Part shown: positions 22,598 through 35,700 of the stretch, one piece after another
How positions within the stretch are numbered: the stretch's first letter is position 1
Layout: each line of letters opens with the position of its first letter
NCBI GenBank assembly: GCA_030704615.1
Contig: CM060732.1
Span: 57,102,001-57,166,000, forward strand
Direction of reading: 5' to 3'
Origin: Takakia lepidozioides
Taxonomy: Eukaryota > Plantae > Bryophyta
Length of the DNA stretch: 64,000 bases
The notes under the pieces: model-generated
What the model was told of the DNA's origin: nothing
Databases searched by the model: none
Seen by the model: the letters and a program-made list of their open reading frames with translations, nothing else
Program-made: the position numbers and the translations under genes

Positions 22598-25500
22598 TCA
22601 ACGTTTCTCCCGCTTTTGAGGTCGCCCTTCGAAAGCTACAACCGCCTCGGATGCGTTTCCCATTTCTGAGGCACGCACCCAAGATGCCTCCACATGATGA
22701 TAGCCCTTCCATTTGACGAGATACTCCGTTTCTCGGTTCTTGAACCTCCTCGACTTAAGTATTGCCTCCACCTCGTACTCAGGTTCATTTTCATGATCCA
22801 ACAACATAGGTGGCGGACGCAACACTTGATGCCGATTCGGACGCGCTTCATCTTTGAAGTAAGGCTTCAAAAGGGAGACATGGAATACTGGGTGCACCTT
22901 GCTGTTTGCCGGCAGCTCCAATTCATACACATCCTCATTCATAACCTTCCGAATGCGAAAGGGTCCCGCATACGGAGGTACGAACTTCGGACTCACTTCC
23001 GGAGGTAGTCGGAAATTCTTGATGTTCAACCAGACCTCTGTGCCTGCCTCAAACTTCACTTCCCTCCGCTTCCGATTCGCCTGCCTTTCATACCGTTTCC
23101 TGGCTTTGCAATGTTGTACTTTGCGAGCTTCAACAAACGCTCGCGTTCTTCCAGTACCGCCGCTACTGCCGGTTCCTCAACGTCCTGGGCGGCCCAACTT
23201 GTCGGCACCAGAGGTGCTTTTCCATAGACCAATACGAAAGGGGAAACTCCCGTTGCGGAGTGTTCTGTGTTATTATAACAGAACTCTGCCGCGTCTAAGT
23301 GTTCCATCCAGTCTGATTGGTCTGCCGACACGTAATTCCGCAAGAATTGCTTCACTACGGAATTCACTCTTTCCGTTTGGCCGTCCGTCGTAGGTCGGAA
23401 GGCGGTGCTCATCTTCAGCCTCGTCCCCATCTTCTTCCAAAGTGTCCTCCAAAATTTACTCGTAGCTTTGGATCACGATCCGAGACAATATCCTTCGGGA
23501 CTCATGATGCTTTAAGACGTGGGCGAAGTAAAGTCGCCCTGTCTCCTGCGCCGTTGCCGTCTCCTTGGTGGGGATGAAATGGCCCATTTTACTGAACCTA
23601 TCCACCACCACCATGATTGCATCGAATCCTTTTGACAGCGGCATAGCAGTCATGAAATCCATCGAGACACTTTCCAAGTCCCCTTTGGAATCGGCAAGGG
23701 TTCTAACAGCCCCGCTTGCTTTTTTGTACTCGCTCCGGTTTTTGTTGGCATGTGGTGCATGTCTTGACATACTCCTCTGCCTCCTCCCTCAGTTTGGGCC
23801 ATAAATACTCTTTTCTTCAAGAGTGCCGCAGTGCGCTTGGCTCCGCCGTGGCCCGCAAGCGGGCTATCATGACATTCTCTCAAGAGGCTATCTCTGATCC
23901 CTCCCTTTGGCACGTAGAGACGTTTTTGCTTATACCGGAGCAGTCCATTTTGCAAGTGGAACTGCGATTTAAACCCCCATCCTCAAGTCCTGCATCACGG
24001 ACTTCGCCAGCTCATCCTTCCGGTAAGCCTTTCGGATCTTCCTTTGGAGCGCCGTCTCGCCCTTGTACACCAACAAGAGCTGCTGTTTTCTACTTAAAGC
24101 ATCGGCCACCACGTTGTCTCGTCCCGGTTTGTACTGGATATCCACATCGAACACCGCCAAAGTATCTTGCCACCTAAGTTGTTTTGGGACAACTTGGGCT
24201 GCGTGGCAAAATACTTCACCGTGACATTGTCCCGTGAACACCTTCACTGGGTTGGAACCAACATAGTGGCGCCAAAGCTCAAGGCAATGCACCACCGCCT
24301 TCATCTCTTTTTCGTGCGTAGGCCACCGTCGCTCCACTTCATTCAGTTTCTTACTTTCGTAAGCCACTGGACGTCCATCTTGCATAAGTACACCACCAAT
24401 CGCGAAGTCCGACGCATCTGTATGAATCTCAAATGGACGATCAAACTCCGGGATTTTCAAGACTGGAGCTTCCGCCATCCGCTGCTTCAATTCAGCAAAA
24501 GCTTGGCCACAAAATGTGTTCCATACCCAGACTTTGGATTTACACAGAAGGTCCAACACGGCCCCGCGATCTTGGCAAAATTTCTCACATACTTCCGGTA
24601 ATAGGAGGCGAGTCTTAGGAAGGATCGCACTCCCGGGACCGAAGTCGGAGGCTCCCAGTCCAAGATCGCCCTCACCTTTCTGTCATCCATTTTGATCCCA
24701 TCCTGTGTAATCACATGCCCCAAGAACTCCACTTTCGTGACCCCGAATTCGCACTTTGAAGCTTTGGCGTACAGCTTCCCTTCCCGCAACTTTTGGAACA
24801 CCCTTTGAGGTGCTCCAGGTGCTCCTCCTTTGTTTTCGAGTACACCAAGATGTCGTCGATGTACACGATCACAAAGTCATCCAACCACTCCTGAAAAGGC
24901 TGTTCATCAGCGTGCTAAAGGTCGCTGGTGCATTGGTGAGCCCAAAAGGCATCACCAATAACTCATATGAACCATACCTTGTCCTGCACGCGGTCTTCTC
25001 CTCATCTCCTTCCGCCGCCCGAATTTGATGATAGCCGGAGCGCAAGTCGATCCGGCTGAAATACTTCGCTCCTGCCAACCGATCGAAGAGGTCGTCGATC
25101 CTTGGCAAAGGGTACCGGTTTTTGATAGTCACCTTATTCAGAGCCTTGTAATCGACACACATCCGCAGCGTCCCATCCTTCTTGTCTGCGAATAGCACCG
25201 GGGCTCCGTAAGGTGACTTACTCGGCCGGATGTACCCCTTTGACATTAGATCCTTGAGCTGAGTCTTCAGCTCGACCAACTCTCTGTGGCTCAACCGGTA
25301 GGGCGCCTTGGCAGGCGGTTCCGATCCCGGTATCACCTCAATCTTGTGGTCAACTCCTCTTCGCGGTGGCAAGCCGCTTGGTAAATCCTCCGGTATCACA
25401 TCCTGGTATTTCTCCAAAATCCCCTTGATCCAATCTGGGCTCGGCTCCCCATCGCCTTCTCCGTAAAGCAAAAACTGGGGCCCGTGTGCCTCCTCCACGG

Positions 25501-27144
25501 CCCACTCCTTTGCTGACAGAAGGTTTATTCGCCCTCCCACGGATTTGGGCGTTTCTGACACTCGTAAAACCTCGCCACCATTCCCACATGGCAGCGTGAC
25601 TACTCTCTTGCGGCCATCTATGACCGCTCCGGATTTGCTCAAAAAGGTCATCCCCAAAATGAGATCCACTCCATCGATCTCGCAGATGGTGAAGTTTTCA
25701 CGTCCCTCCCAACTCCCCAGTTGAAGGGGAACATCAATCGCCAACCTTGTCGCCAACTGTGGTTCTCCTTTGGCAGAATGTACCTCAATAGAGGCCCCCA
25801 CGTCACTTGTCGGGAGTCCCAGCTTTTGTGCCGTTGTCGGTGTCATGAAGGAGTGCGACGCTCCTGTGTCCACCAACAACGACACATTAGTTCCGGATAT
25901 TATCCCATCCACGAACAATAACTGACTCCCTTTTCGTAAGGCGCCAGTTTCCTGATACAACTCACAAGAAAATTTGCCTACCTTGCAAGTCCTGGCGACC
26001 ACCGCTTCCACCAAGCGACTGATGGTATCTTCCGACAGCTCCGTGGTCGCCCGAGTCATGTTCAATTGCCGGGGCTTCGTGCACTTCTTGGCCATGTGCC
26101 CGGGCTCCCCGCAATTGAAACACACTCCATCAAAGGTCACCTTCTGTCCGCCATAAGCCGCTCCACCCGCTTCTCTTTTCGAAGCACCGGGTGCTGCCTT
26201 GACGTGTGAAGGCCCTCCCTTCGATTTCCATGTGCCAATGTCGCCGCGTGGCCTATCCCACTTCTTTTCCGGTCGGAAGGAGTCACCTTCCCGCCGGGTC
26301 TTCTTGTGGTTCAGCTCCGTACGGCCTTGTCTCTCACCCCTAGGGACATCCGAGAAACATTCAGCCCTCTCAATTGCCTCGTTCAAAGTCTTGGGTGGCT
26401 TCTCCTCCAACTTCCGCTTGGCCCATGGGGCCAGTCCCGCCACAAAGTTGAAGACCATTTCTGGTTCTGCCATGTCCGCGACTTCGAGGAACAGCACATT
26501 GAAAGCCTGGACATACCCCCGAATGTCATCTGTTTGCTTCAAATTCCTCATCTTGTCCCGGGCAAGCCAGGACGCGTTGAGGGGCACAAACTGTCTCTTC
26601 ATCAATTCCTTGAACCCACTCCAGTTCAAGGTTTCCGGACTTGGACCTCGGTCGTGAAGGCGTTTCTGCCACCATTGTTGAACATAGCCCCTCAAATAGG
26701 TGGGAGCCACTTCCACCCGATCCTCGTCACTCAACTTGGCTGCCCTGAAGTACTGCTCTAGCTCCAGGAGCCAGGTGTTGAGTGCCTTCCGATTTCGGAC
26801 GCCCTCGAAGGTGCCGGGTTCCTTAGGCTTCACCTTAAACTTTGCCTTAGTGGAAGTGGCATTAGCCGCCTTCAACACGTCTTTTAACGTCCCGCCAAAC
26901 TGCGCCAACAACCCTTCCCAAAAGGCAGCCGGCATGGGAGGCATCTCTTGGTTTGTCGGAGCTCTCAAGGATTCCTCGGGCTCCAACTCCTCGGATTCCT
27001 CCCGCTCTTGAGCGGTCTCGTTTTCGGAAACATGCATCGCTTCCTCAAACGGCCGCCTCGGTGACACGTCGCCCCCATCGGGCTCACCGGGATTATCATC
27101 TTTTGGGCCGTTCCGCTTTCGCTTCGGCTTGCCCGACCCCATGA
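22598..27144 (-). CDS. Chromovirus gag-pol polyprotein (frameshifted)
   Basis: Gag with zinc knuckle [14 protein letters not shown]; protease LVDTGAS; [26 protein letters not shown]; RNase [10 protein letters not shown]; integrase; chromodomain [11 protein letters not shown]...YLVKWKGY...SW. Confidence 0.93.
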
Positions 27145-27183
27145 TGAGGCCAATCCCAAGGACGATCGCGTACTGAACTCTAA

Positions 27184-27195
27184 GCTCTGATACCA
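27184..27195 (-). other. Primer-binding site (tRNA-iMet)
   Basis: Minus strand reads TGGTATCAGAGC, 2 nt inside the 5' LTR boundary. Confidence 0.92.
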
Positions 27196-27197
27196 AG

Positions 27198-27923
27198 TGT
27201 CGCGCACCTCACTTCGGTAAGCTCCCCTTCAAGTCATAGTTACTCGCTTTGATGCGCGCGCCTGACTCCCAACCTGGCCGCCCGGGCCAACTTAGAGCTT
27301 TGGCTGCTCACCGGGACATAACGGTCCCCCTTCGCTTCCCTCTAAACCCTCCACCTATTTGGGACTAGGAGAATTCCCTTTGGTAGATGGCAGTCCGGAA
27401 CAGCTCCCCTCTCTTTGGTCGCTTTCCGGCTCGTTCGCTTACTCACTAGTTTTTGGTCACCAACGGGCTTGCACCGTTCTCGGGGTTACTACTCCCTATA
27501 TATACTTCTGTAGCTGTCCGCGGGGGTTTCATAACCAGCCATGCCATTTTATGGCGAACCACCACGAAAACCCTCGACTCCCGGTGATGAGTCGCGGTGA
27601 GTCTTGGCCCACTCATCACGGCCCCTATGGACCGTGATGAGTCCCAAGACTCCCCACGACTCCCACCACGAGGTCTCCGCCCCCATGGTGAGTCCTATGC
27701 CACCCCCACTAAGTCCCGCTAAGCTACCACCACCCCTTGTGGAGCTACCCCCACCGCAACCCGGTGTGCGGGGCTCCACCTAGTGAGCGCCTCCGCCTCC
27801 TTGAGTGCCTTGGGCACTCAAGGGTGCTTCGGCCCCCCATACCTATCGCTGCCGATGCCCCCACTACAGGGGCAACCCCTCATGTGTCCCGACCCCCTGC
27901 CCTCAAGGCAAATGGTCGCGACA
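27198..27923 (-). repeat. 5' LTR of chromovirus
   Basis: 726 bp, TG...CA, partner of 20972-21691. Confidence 0.95.
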
Positions 27924-28094
27924 ATGAATGCATGATTTGTGCAGGGGCATTGATAGCTGAAGGAGCAGGGATAGAGTGTGGGTCCAGATTCATCCTAGAG
28001 GGCCAAATTTCAAACACAAGATTACCTATGACTCCCTTTGGATCAATAACTATACGAAACCTCCATGGGTAGATGGTCTATTCCGTGGAACTCA

Positions 28095-28305
28095 CTGAAG
28101 TCTTGCATTATGAGGATCAGAACTGCTTGGCAGCTTACTTGCACGAGGCCTTGACCCTTAGGCAATCCCCAAAGCAGCAATAGCTTTTGGGCTGTTTTTT
28201 TACTTTGTTTTTTTCATTTTGTCCCATAAGCTCTTTGAGCTTTCCGCAGATGTAATAAAGCCATTTTGTTTCATTTCATTCATTTTCATTTCATTTTGTT
28301 TCATG
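28095..28305 (+). mobile_element. 3' end of a non-LTR retroelement with (CATTT)n tail
   Basis: HYEDQNCLAAYLHEA-type ORF2 C-terminus, then TTTTGTCCCATAAGCTCT.TGAGCTTTCCGC and a CATTT-repeat tail. The same 3' segment recurs at ~38480-38640. Confidence 0.6.
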
Positions 28306-28972
28306 GCATGTCTTTCATCGTTTGTGCATTTCTAATGCATGATTAGTTCTTTTGTATGGCATTACATGCGTATGTACTAGTTGATTCACTACAAACACCA
28401 AAACTTCAAAGCTTGAATCACTATGAATGATTGTTCAAGTAATTTCAAGCACTTCATTTAAAGTAGTAAAGCAGTGGTTGCGCCAACTTCCGCAGTCGCA
28501 ATTGCCACTGGGCACGTAGCACTGCAAGTTATGTGGTCTACTACCACGTGGCGCCCCTGGCCCGTGGCCACGTGGCAGCAGTGCTGCTCGTCGTGGAGCC
28601 GCCACGTCGACGTCCACATCATCGTCCACGTCCTCGTTCATGTGTCACCGCGCTCCGGTGAGTCGGTCCACTCATCCGGAGGGAAAAGTCAAAGTCAGCC
28701 CAAAAGGTCAGACACACGGGCGGTCCGCCTGGTTACGCCACGTGGTTCTTCAGCATTAATCGCTGAGCAGTTGTTCGCGCGTCTGCGTCCTTTACCACTC
28801 CAATCATTGGATGTCCAACCCAACTACCACGTCTGTTGTAACTAGTCGTTACCCCAGTGGTAAATGACACGAATGCTTCTAGTGATGTTACAGACATGGA
28901 AGACCTGCTTCATCAAGCCCTCCTCCAGAATGTAAAACCAACACTCATCTATAGGGCATCTCTCCCCGCACT

Positions 28973-30231
28973 ATGAGGCAAGTAAACTATCATCTCCCCT
29001 CTCATAGGGAGCATGAAGGTAAGTTGCTCAAAGTGGTAGTAGTTCATGGGCAAGAGAGTACCATGGAGGTCCCTACTAGGAGCTCTGTTCTTGCATTGCT
29101 AGAGCTGTATCACTACTCTCTTTACGCTAGTCACTTTGGTGTGGATAAGACCGTGAATGCATACAGGAGAAGTATCATTGGAAAGGTTTGAACAAGGATG
29201 TTTCTGATTTCATTGCGAAGTGTGTTCCATGCAAAACCAAAACACTACTGCCTAGAACCGTGGCCCCTCTTAAACTTCAACCAATACTTGTGACAGAGAT
29301 GTTTGCACGGGTTGGCCTTGACCTTGTCAGACCTCTCAAAACCACGACTAAGGGCAATAGTTACATTGGTGTGGCTACTGATTATATGTCTAAGTGGGTT
29401 GAGATCCGCCCGTTGGTTGCTAATGATAGTGATGAAGTGGTTCAATTCTTTTTTGATGAAATCATGTTAAGGCATGGTTGTCCCCTTGAAATTCTTACTG
29501 ACCAAGGCACTGAATTCTGTAACCAGTTGATGGAGGTTGTCTGTTTTAATTTACATGTCAAGCATCGTTTGACTGCTCCCTACAACCCTCAATGCAATGG
29601 GCTCAGTGAACGCTTCAACAAAACCATGTGTCAGCTTTTGGAGAAAAATGGGGCACTGACAGAAGAGTGGGATGTTACTCTACCTATCCTCATTTTTGCT
29701 TATATGACATCAGTGCTTGCCAGCACTCGCTTTTCTCCCTTTGAGTTACTTTATGGCCGCAAAGCTCGGACACCACTGCATGTGCCAGTGCTTCAAGCAC
29801 AGGTTGAGAAGCCCGTGATTTGGGAAGATTTTCTAACTCGTCTTACTACCTATAGGTTAGGATTGCTTGAATCTGCTAAACATAACATCCAAGTGTCATA
29901 GGTGGCTCAGGCAAGGAACTATAATCGGAGAGTTGTGTACTCTGAGAGCTTTGCTCTTGGGTAGACTGTGTGTGTTCGTTTGCAGCCTGACAAGCAGGTC
30001 ACTAAGTCCAAGATGCGAATCAATGGGCCTTACTTGATCCATGCTATCTTACCAGGCAGGCAGTATCGCCTTCTGCCTCAACATCCCTTTACAGCCGAAA
30101 TTGCAGGCACTATGCACGTCTCTCAGCTGGTTTCTTCCAAGTTGCAGTTCGACCTCACCTGCATCAATGTGGAGAACCGCCATATCATCTTGACTCCTCG
30201 CAAGCATGCTCGTTTCGAGTCAGACAGTTAG
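28973..30231 (+). pseudogene. Degenerate Gypsy-type integrase
   Basis: H2C2 finger (HYSLYASHFG...CVPC) and core VGLDLV, ATDYMSKWVE, LTDQGTEF, YNPQCNGLSER, SPFELLYGR. Stops and a frameshift are present; no RT recognised upstream. Confidence 0.85.
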
Positions 30232-31678
30232 GCAGAGTAGATAAATGGTGACATTTTGTTTTGATTTTACTTTGACATTTGAGTCACCCTTTGTTTTTTA
30301 GCTCAGAGTTTTCACTCTCCAGGAGATGGGGTTTTTCCACAGAAGGGTTTTGTCCTTCGCTCAACTTGCAGAGCAAGGTTTTCCCTCAAAGGTTTTTTCA
30401 TCCCATCTTCGTGAAACTCCTGATGCTTTGTCTTCGTTTTTCTGCTCACTGGAGCTCGCACCTTCGCGTGCCAGGAGGTTTTACATATGTAACGTGTAGA
30501 TTCCACCTACCTAGATATTCCCTTATTACGATGGATGTATATGATAAAAGCGGATGAAGCACTATGATGAAAAGCTAGGATGAAACGCCGCTGCTAAGTC
30601 TATAAAATTAACAGCTTGTCTTATGTCAACAGCTAGATTATCCCTAAGATGGGTGATGTGGCATCCTAACTGGATGGACACTTCACTACAATCTGAGGAA
30701 CCAATCAGGGGAAGACAGCCTGTTAGGATAGGATCATGGCCTTTGGTAAAATGGATCAGCTGGAAACCTAAGGGACCAGTGTACGTTTGGTGATCGTTGT
30801 GGTGTACTGTGTGTGACGTATGTACTGTGGACATATGGATGTACAGAGTTGCCTTTCGTAGGAATCAGGCTCCTCTTCAATAGGTCCCTTCTACCTCGCA
30901 TGCTGGTTCTACCGAGCATACTTCCCTCATATAGCACTGACCCGTAGAGAACGTAGAATAACCCGGGGGTGCGAGAATCTGGTTTTACATCATTGAGGGA
31001 GAGAGACTCGTAACAATGTTGCTTTTTCTCTTCCATTTGATAGTCAATGGAGCCAAGTATGTCCACACTGTCCATGGTCCATGGTGAATCCTTGGTGGTC
31101 TTGTTGCAGTAGAACCCACCTGAGTGCGCTTGACCTCACGTTTGGCAGACTTTTCGATCTGAGGAAACTCCAGGAAGTTCTATTCTCTAGATTTCACGGT
31201 ATTGTTGCAGGAAGAGCTGGTCGGCCTGCTGCTGGCTTGGTCTTCTAACCTCCTTTCTAATACTCTACCATTTTCTTTCCCAGGAAAGTTGGCACACTAC
31301 TCTAGATAACCGTATGTCTCAGCGATGATCCCAACTGCAGTCCCCTAAACCTCAGACTATTGTTTGACTTTTGAAACATGTTTGTGGGCGTGGGCGGCTT
31401 CCGGCCTGGTGCCAGCACCGCATAGCACAGCAAGACTAAAACGTGACAAACATAGATGTATGAGTTCAAAGGTCCTCCACACTGGATGCTCCCATGTGCA
31501 TTCCATGCTCGCTCCCTTCACACCTCCCCTTATAAGCAACGCCATTTCTCCCTTCTCTCACACCACCATCGCTTCTGCACAGCTCTCCCGACCCCTCCCA
31601 CTCTCTCAGCCTCGTCTGGAAGGCTTGGAAGAACTTAGTGGGTGCTAGGTTCTCTTATATCGGTTTCATTCCAGAACA

Positions 31679-33693
31679 ATGGTGAAAACGCTATCGTACA
31701 CCCAGGTGCTTGAGGCCTCACCCGATAAAGTCTGGGAAGCTTGCAAGCATGCCGATGACATTCTCCCCATACAGATGCCTGAGTTTTTCACCAAGTCTGA
31801 GCTTCTTGAAGGAACTGGAGGTCCAGGCACCATCCGCCTCGTTAAAATGGGCCCAGGTAATAGACCTTTCTACTCAACCTTTTTTTTCTTTTTCAGATTG
31901 AGAGGAACTCGGATCACAGAGGTGTTCCATTACGAGGAGTAGAAATTGTTAGCAACATATCCGCCGTTCACTCTTAGACAATTCCTTTTGAGCAATAGTT
32001 GTCTTTGGGCGCCTTCTGGAGGGCCCTCTTTCTTGTTTCATGAATGAATATTGCTTTCTGTTTTATAAAGTAAGATCACTAATTATTTCAGTTCTTTGAT
32101 TGAGAGGAACTTCCAGGGTAAATTCATGTAGATGCAAGCAGGAGACGTTACCCTTCGGATGCCAAGATCTCTGTCTTTTCATGATCCAGCTAGGTCAAGC
32201 CCAAATTTGTAATCAAACGTTAGCTCCCTTGCCCGATCGTGAATTTTTATTGAATCTCTCTTTCTCTCTACATTCTTATTCTACTTGACCATAACACTAG
32301 AAATCTTCTTTGTCCTATGTCTCATGTGTTTGACGAAATCTCGGGCCCTTTTGTCGCTAGTTACCAATGCACATAGGCCGGAGAGTGTGAAGGGTCCCAA
32401 CTTGCCACAAGGAAACCGACGCACCCACTTGTAGTACGAAAAGACAGTTACTATTTGGACATCAATCTTGAATTTATTCCTGCCTGCATCCCGATGGCTC
32501 TTTCTGTATAATTTCAAATGCTAGTATCCTGCACGGGAAAGATTAGCGATTAGGTAAGCAGTACTCAAGTACGTACAGCTTATTACCATGTGAGTACTTT
32601 GTGCAAGACGCCGTTTATAATATCCTTCATCGGCAGAGGTATTGCACCTGAAGTATCTTGCTAGCCAAGTGTCATTACTTTTCTGCAGCCATCCCTCACG
32701 CTGGGTTTGTGAAGGAGCGCATGGATATCTTTGACGATGCTACGAGAACCCTGGGGTACACAGTACTGGAGGGCGATCCCCGCTACAGCCACTTCAGTGC
32801 CAAAATGCAATTTACTCCTGGACCAGATGGTACCACCGAGGCACGCTGGACCGCGGAGTACGAACCAGTTGGAGACATGGGGCCCCCTGAACACATCAAG
32901 GCTATTGTTGTTCACGTCTTCAAGTGTCTAGAGACAGCGGCTAAGGCCTTAATACTCTCATACACTGAAAAATTGGATGTCTCACCCGATGCAATCTGGA
33001 AGGCGTGCAAACAGGCCGACGAGTTGCTTCCCGCTCAGATGCCCCAGTACTTCATCAAGTCCGAGCTCCTACAAGGACATGGAGGTCCAGGATCCATCCG
33101 CCTCGTCAGAATGGGCCCTGGTATCACAACTGACTCCCCTCCTGCATGATTCTTTATCTCCACAAGTTCAATGATAAAAGTTCTAGAGGAACGAGTTTAT
33201 ATGTTCTCTACATTCTCTGGGAGAGCTTACATATGAGATCGCCGCGTGAATATAAGCTGCAGAGAATTGACTGGTAGTGTTGTGACATCATCCGCATTTC
33301 TACGGGGGTAACAGCTGTTTCAAGATCTAACTAGATCGATTCTGTCATTGCGTATATAATTTAAAAGCTTCGGCACTGACTGTAATCAGCCGTTTCGTTT
33401 ATTTCCCGGCAGCTTTCCCATACGCTGGAGTTGTGAAGGAGCGGATAGACCTCTTTGATGATGCCACCAAGACCCTGGGGTACACGGTGCTGGAGGGCGA
33501 TCCCCGTTACAGCGCATTTAGCGCTAGAATGCATTTTGCTCCAGGACCGGATGGAAGCACAGAGGTGACCTGGACTGCATACTATGTCCCAGTTGGAGAT
33601 GCAGGCCCCCCAGAACACATCAAGGGTGTTGCTACTCTTGTGTTCAAAGCTATGGAAGCCGCTATTAAGGCCAACCCTGCTGCCTTCGCTTGA
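31679..33693 (+). CDS. PR-10 / Bet v 1-like protein with two tandem domains (296 aa)
   Basis: Exons 31679-31856, 32689-33120 and 33413-33693 join in frame (891 nt) with GT-AG introns. The glycine-rich loop (EGTGGPGTIR / QGHGGPGSIR) and KERxDxFDDATxTLGYTVLEGDPRY each occur twice. Confidence 0.93.
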
Positions 33694-33919
33694 AGCGTGC
33701 AAGTTTCTTCACATTCACATCTGTACCCCGCTACTAAAGATACCATACGTCGATACACTGTATCAAATGTACATATGGTTCGACACTGGTATTTTTACTC
33801 CTAATCACGAGCTATGCTTCGTCCTAATACTCAAAATTCGTACCTGTAGCTCTGATTCGCGACAGTTCTGCACTTGAGTTCACGAGAAGATTGGTTACAA
33901 TAAAATACTTGAGTTTTGG

Positions 33920-35700
33920 TCAACAAGTTCCTAGTCTCGTTACATGTGTGCACCAGTGTTCTACTGGTATATCTGGTGATGCCTGGTATTGAGTGCTGGT
34001 ATGAATGTGAATATGAACTTCCAGACCAGTCTGGTATGAGGCTGGCCTAAACCCCAGATGATACTTGTATTGCCCCCAATGCAATCTTTTTTCTACTGCC
34101 TCATTAGCATTTACAATATTGGTTTTCATTACTAAAGTAATGGAGTTTGTGTAAGGCAAAAGCATTAAGTGGAGATTGTACCAGTTGTTGCTACTGAACA
34201 TTTCAAAGTAGATTACACTTACTGGATCTGATTATGAACCCATCAATGCCCATGGACAGAAACATGCAGCTCAAAACTGGTCAGAACAATAATGTCAGGA
34301 GCCACGAAATCTCTATGTGCTACGCCAGCAGCAACAGCAATGAGGCCAGCCACCTGGTCCAAATCCCGCTGCCCATTGGAGGAGATCCTTCTCCCTCTGT
34401 CATTCAAAACATTCCAAGAAGCATCATGTTCCTTCTTCCTTGGTAATGTGGTCGACTGTTGTAGATATAACTAAGCCAACCACAACTTCAACCTCGCAGA
34501 AGTGAAGGTAAACTGAAAGTCCCCACATATAAATAAAAACTGAGTATGGTTCACATACCTGATGTACAATCTTGCTCCACTCGCAGTACTTATTTGCTAA
34601 AGGATGAAACATGGACTTCAATACAAAATTTACAGACCAGCACTCACCCCTTGGGATCTTTCTCAATGATGTCAATGGTTTGAAGCTGCTTCAGACAGTC
34701 TCTGGCAATGGAACCACTATTAGCCCTGCTAATGGAAAAAGTTCCAGGCTGGCCATTCTTAGCTCTGTGCTGGCCAGAGACCAGGGCTGCATAATAAACA
34801 TTACCGAACGTGCTTTCCTGTATCTACAATTTTTACACTACAGGATGGACACATGCGCATTTACCAGCATGGCAAACAAGCTCACAAAGTAACTATGGTG
34901 AGAGGCAGAAACGACAATGTCTCATTAGCATTTCCGCACTGTAGTTCCTTCCATTTCAAGAGACTAGATCACTCATGAAACAACAACTAAGGCTTCCTGA
35001 CCATGATTGAGAGGAGACTGACGTCCAGCGTATGGATAATACAAGATCGACAATTTAGGGACACAATATTGTGACGGAGATGTATCAGGTCTGAGACCCA
35101 CAGTCGTCTTCATAGGCTCAGCATAATGACTTGATTGTAATGAGTGGAGAAAATGCATTGCTGGTTGTAGATTTTGCAGTCCCCATGGTTGTCTATCGCA
35201 GTAAATCTGGTCATAGGCGTCATACGATGTGAAGGAGGAATGGAAGTGTTGCTGAAGCCCATTTGACAACCTTCCGGGCACACTCCAAGTCCGCTCAGTT
35301 TCCAGCATGATTAGCTGACCTGCCAAACGTTGTGCATCTGAGATCCAGTCAAGCAGATTTATGTCGAAGGTAGCTTCGATCATCTATATGTAGGAATCGA
35401 CCGGTATGCCACCCCCTGGAAATGCTCTGAGCATTGGTATAATTTTCTTAGGACTATGGAGCTTTATCGCTTTGATGGGAGCTGCTTCATAGACTTTGAG
35501 AAGAGCAACACGCGGTGAAACAGGATTTTCATTTTATATAGTCTTGATGTGAACTTTCTCTTCCTTTCAGTCTTTTGGGCATTGCACGCAAGAGCTGGGT
35601 CTATTTCTTAGCCTCAGTCCGTTCTTTCGGGAATGATAGGCTTTAGGTACCGATTTGGCTATGGACCTGCTTTCCAATGTCTACTTAGACCTGTAGATTG
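33920..35700 (-). CDS. Possible multi-exon gene of unidentified function
   Basis: Protein-like minus-strand segments (MIEATFDINLLDWISDAQRLAGQL at 35383; NDRGRRISSNGQRDLDQVAGLIAVAAG at ~34320-34410) with nearby minus-strand splice-like signals. No family recognised. Confidence 0.3.

Larger units (their letters stand above)
20972..27923 (-). mobile_element. Full-length chromovirus (Ty3/Gypsy) LTR retrotransposon
   Basis: LTRs at 20972-21691 and 27198-27923 with TGTCGCG...CGCGACA ends; 5-bp TSD ATGAA (20967-20971 and 27924-27928); tRNA-iMet PBS; gag-PR-RT-RH-INT-chromodomain on the minus strand. Confidence 0.97.
20053..28078. repeat. Local ~540-bp tandem duplication whose second copy is interrupted by the chromovirus
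   Basis: 20053-~20590 aligns with 20593-20971 plus 27929-~28078 (e.g. TTTCAC(C)TTGTTTT.CCCTCTTATCAGAATCG; GATAGCTGAAGGAGCAGGGATAGAGTG). A partial related copy lies at ~19185-19250. Confidence 0.75.
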
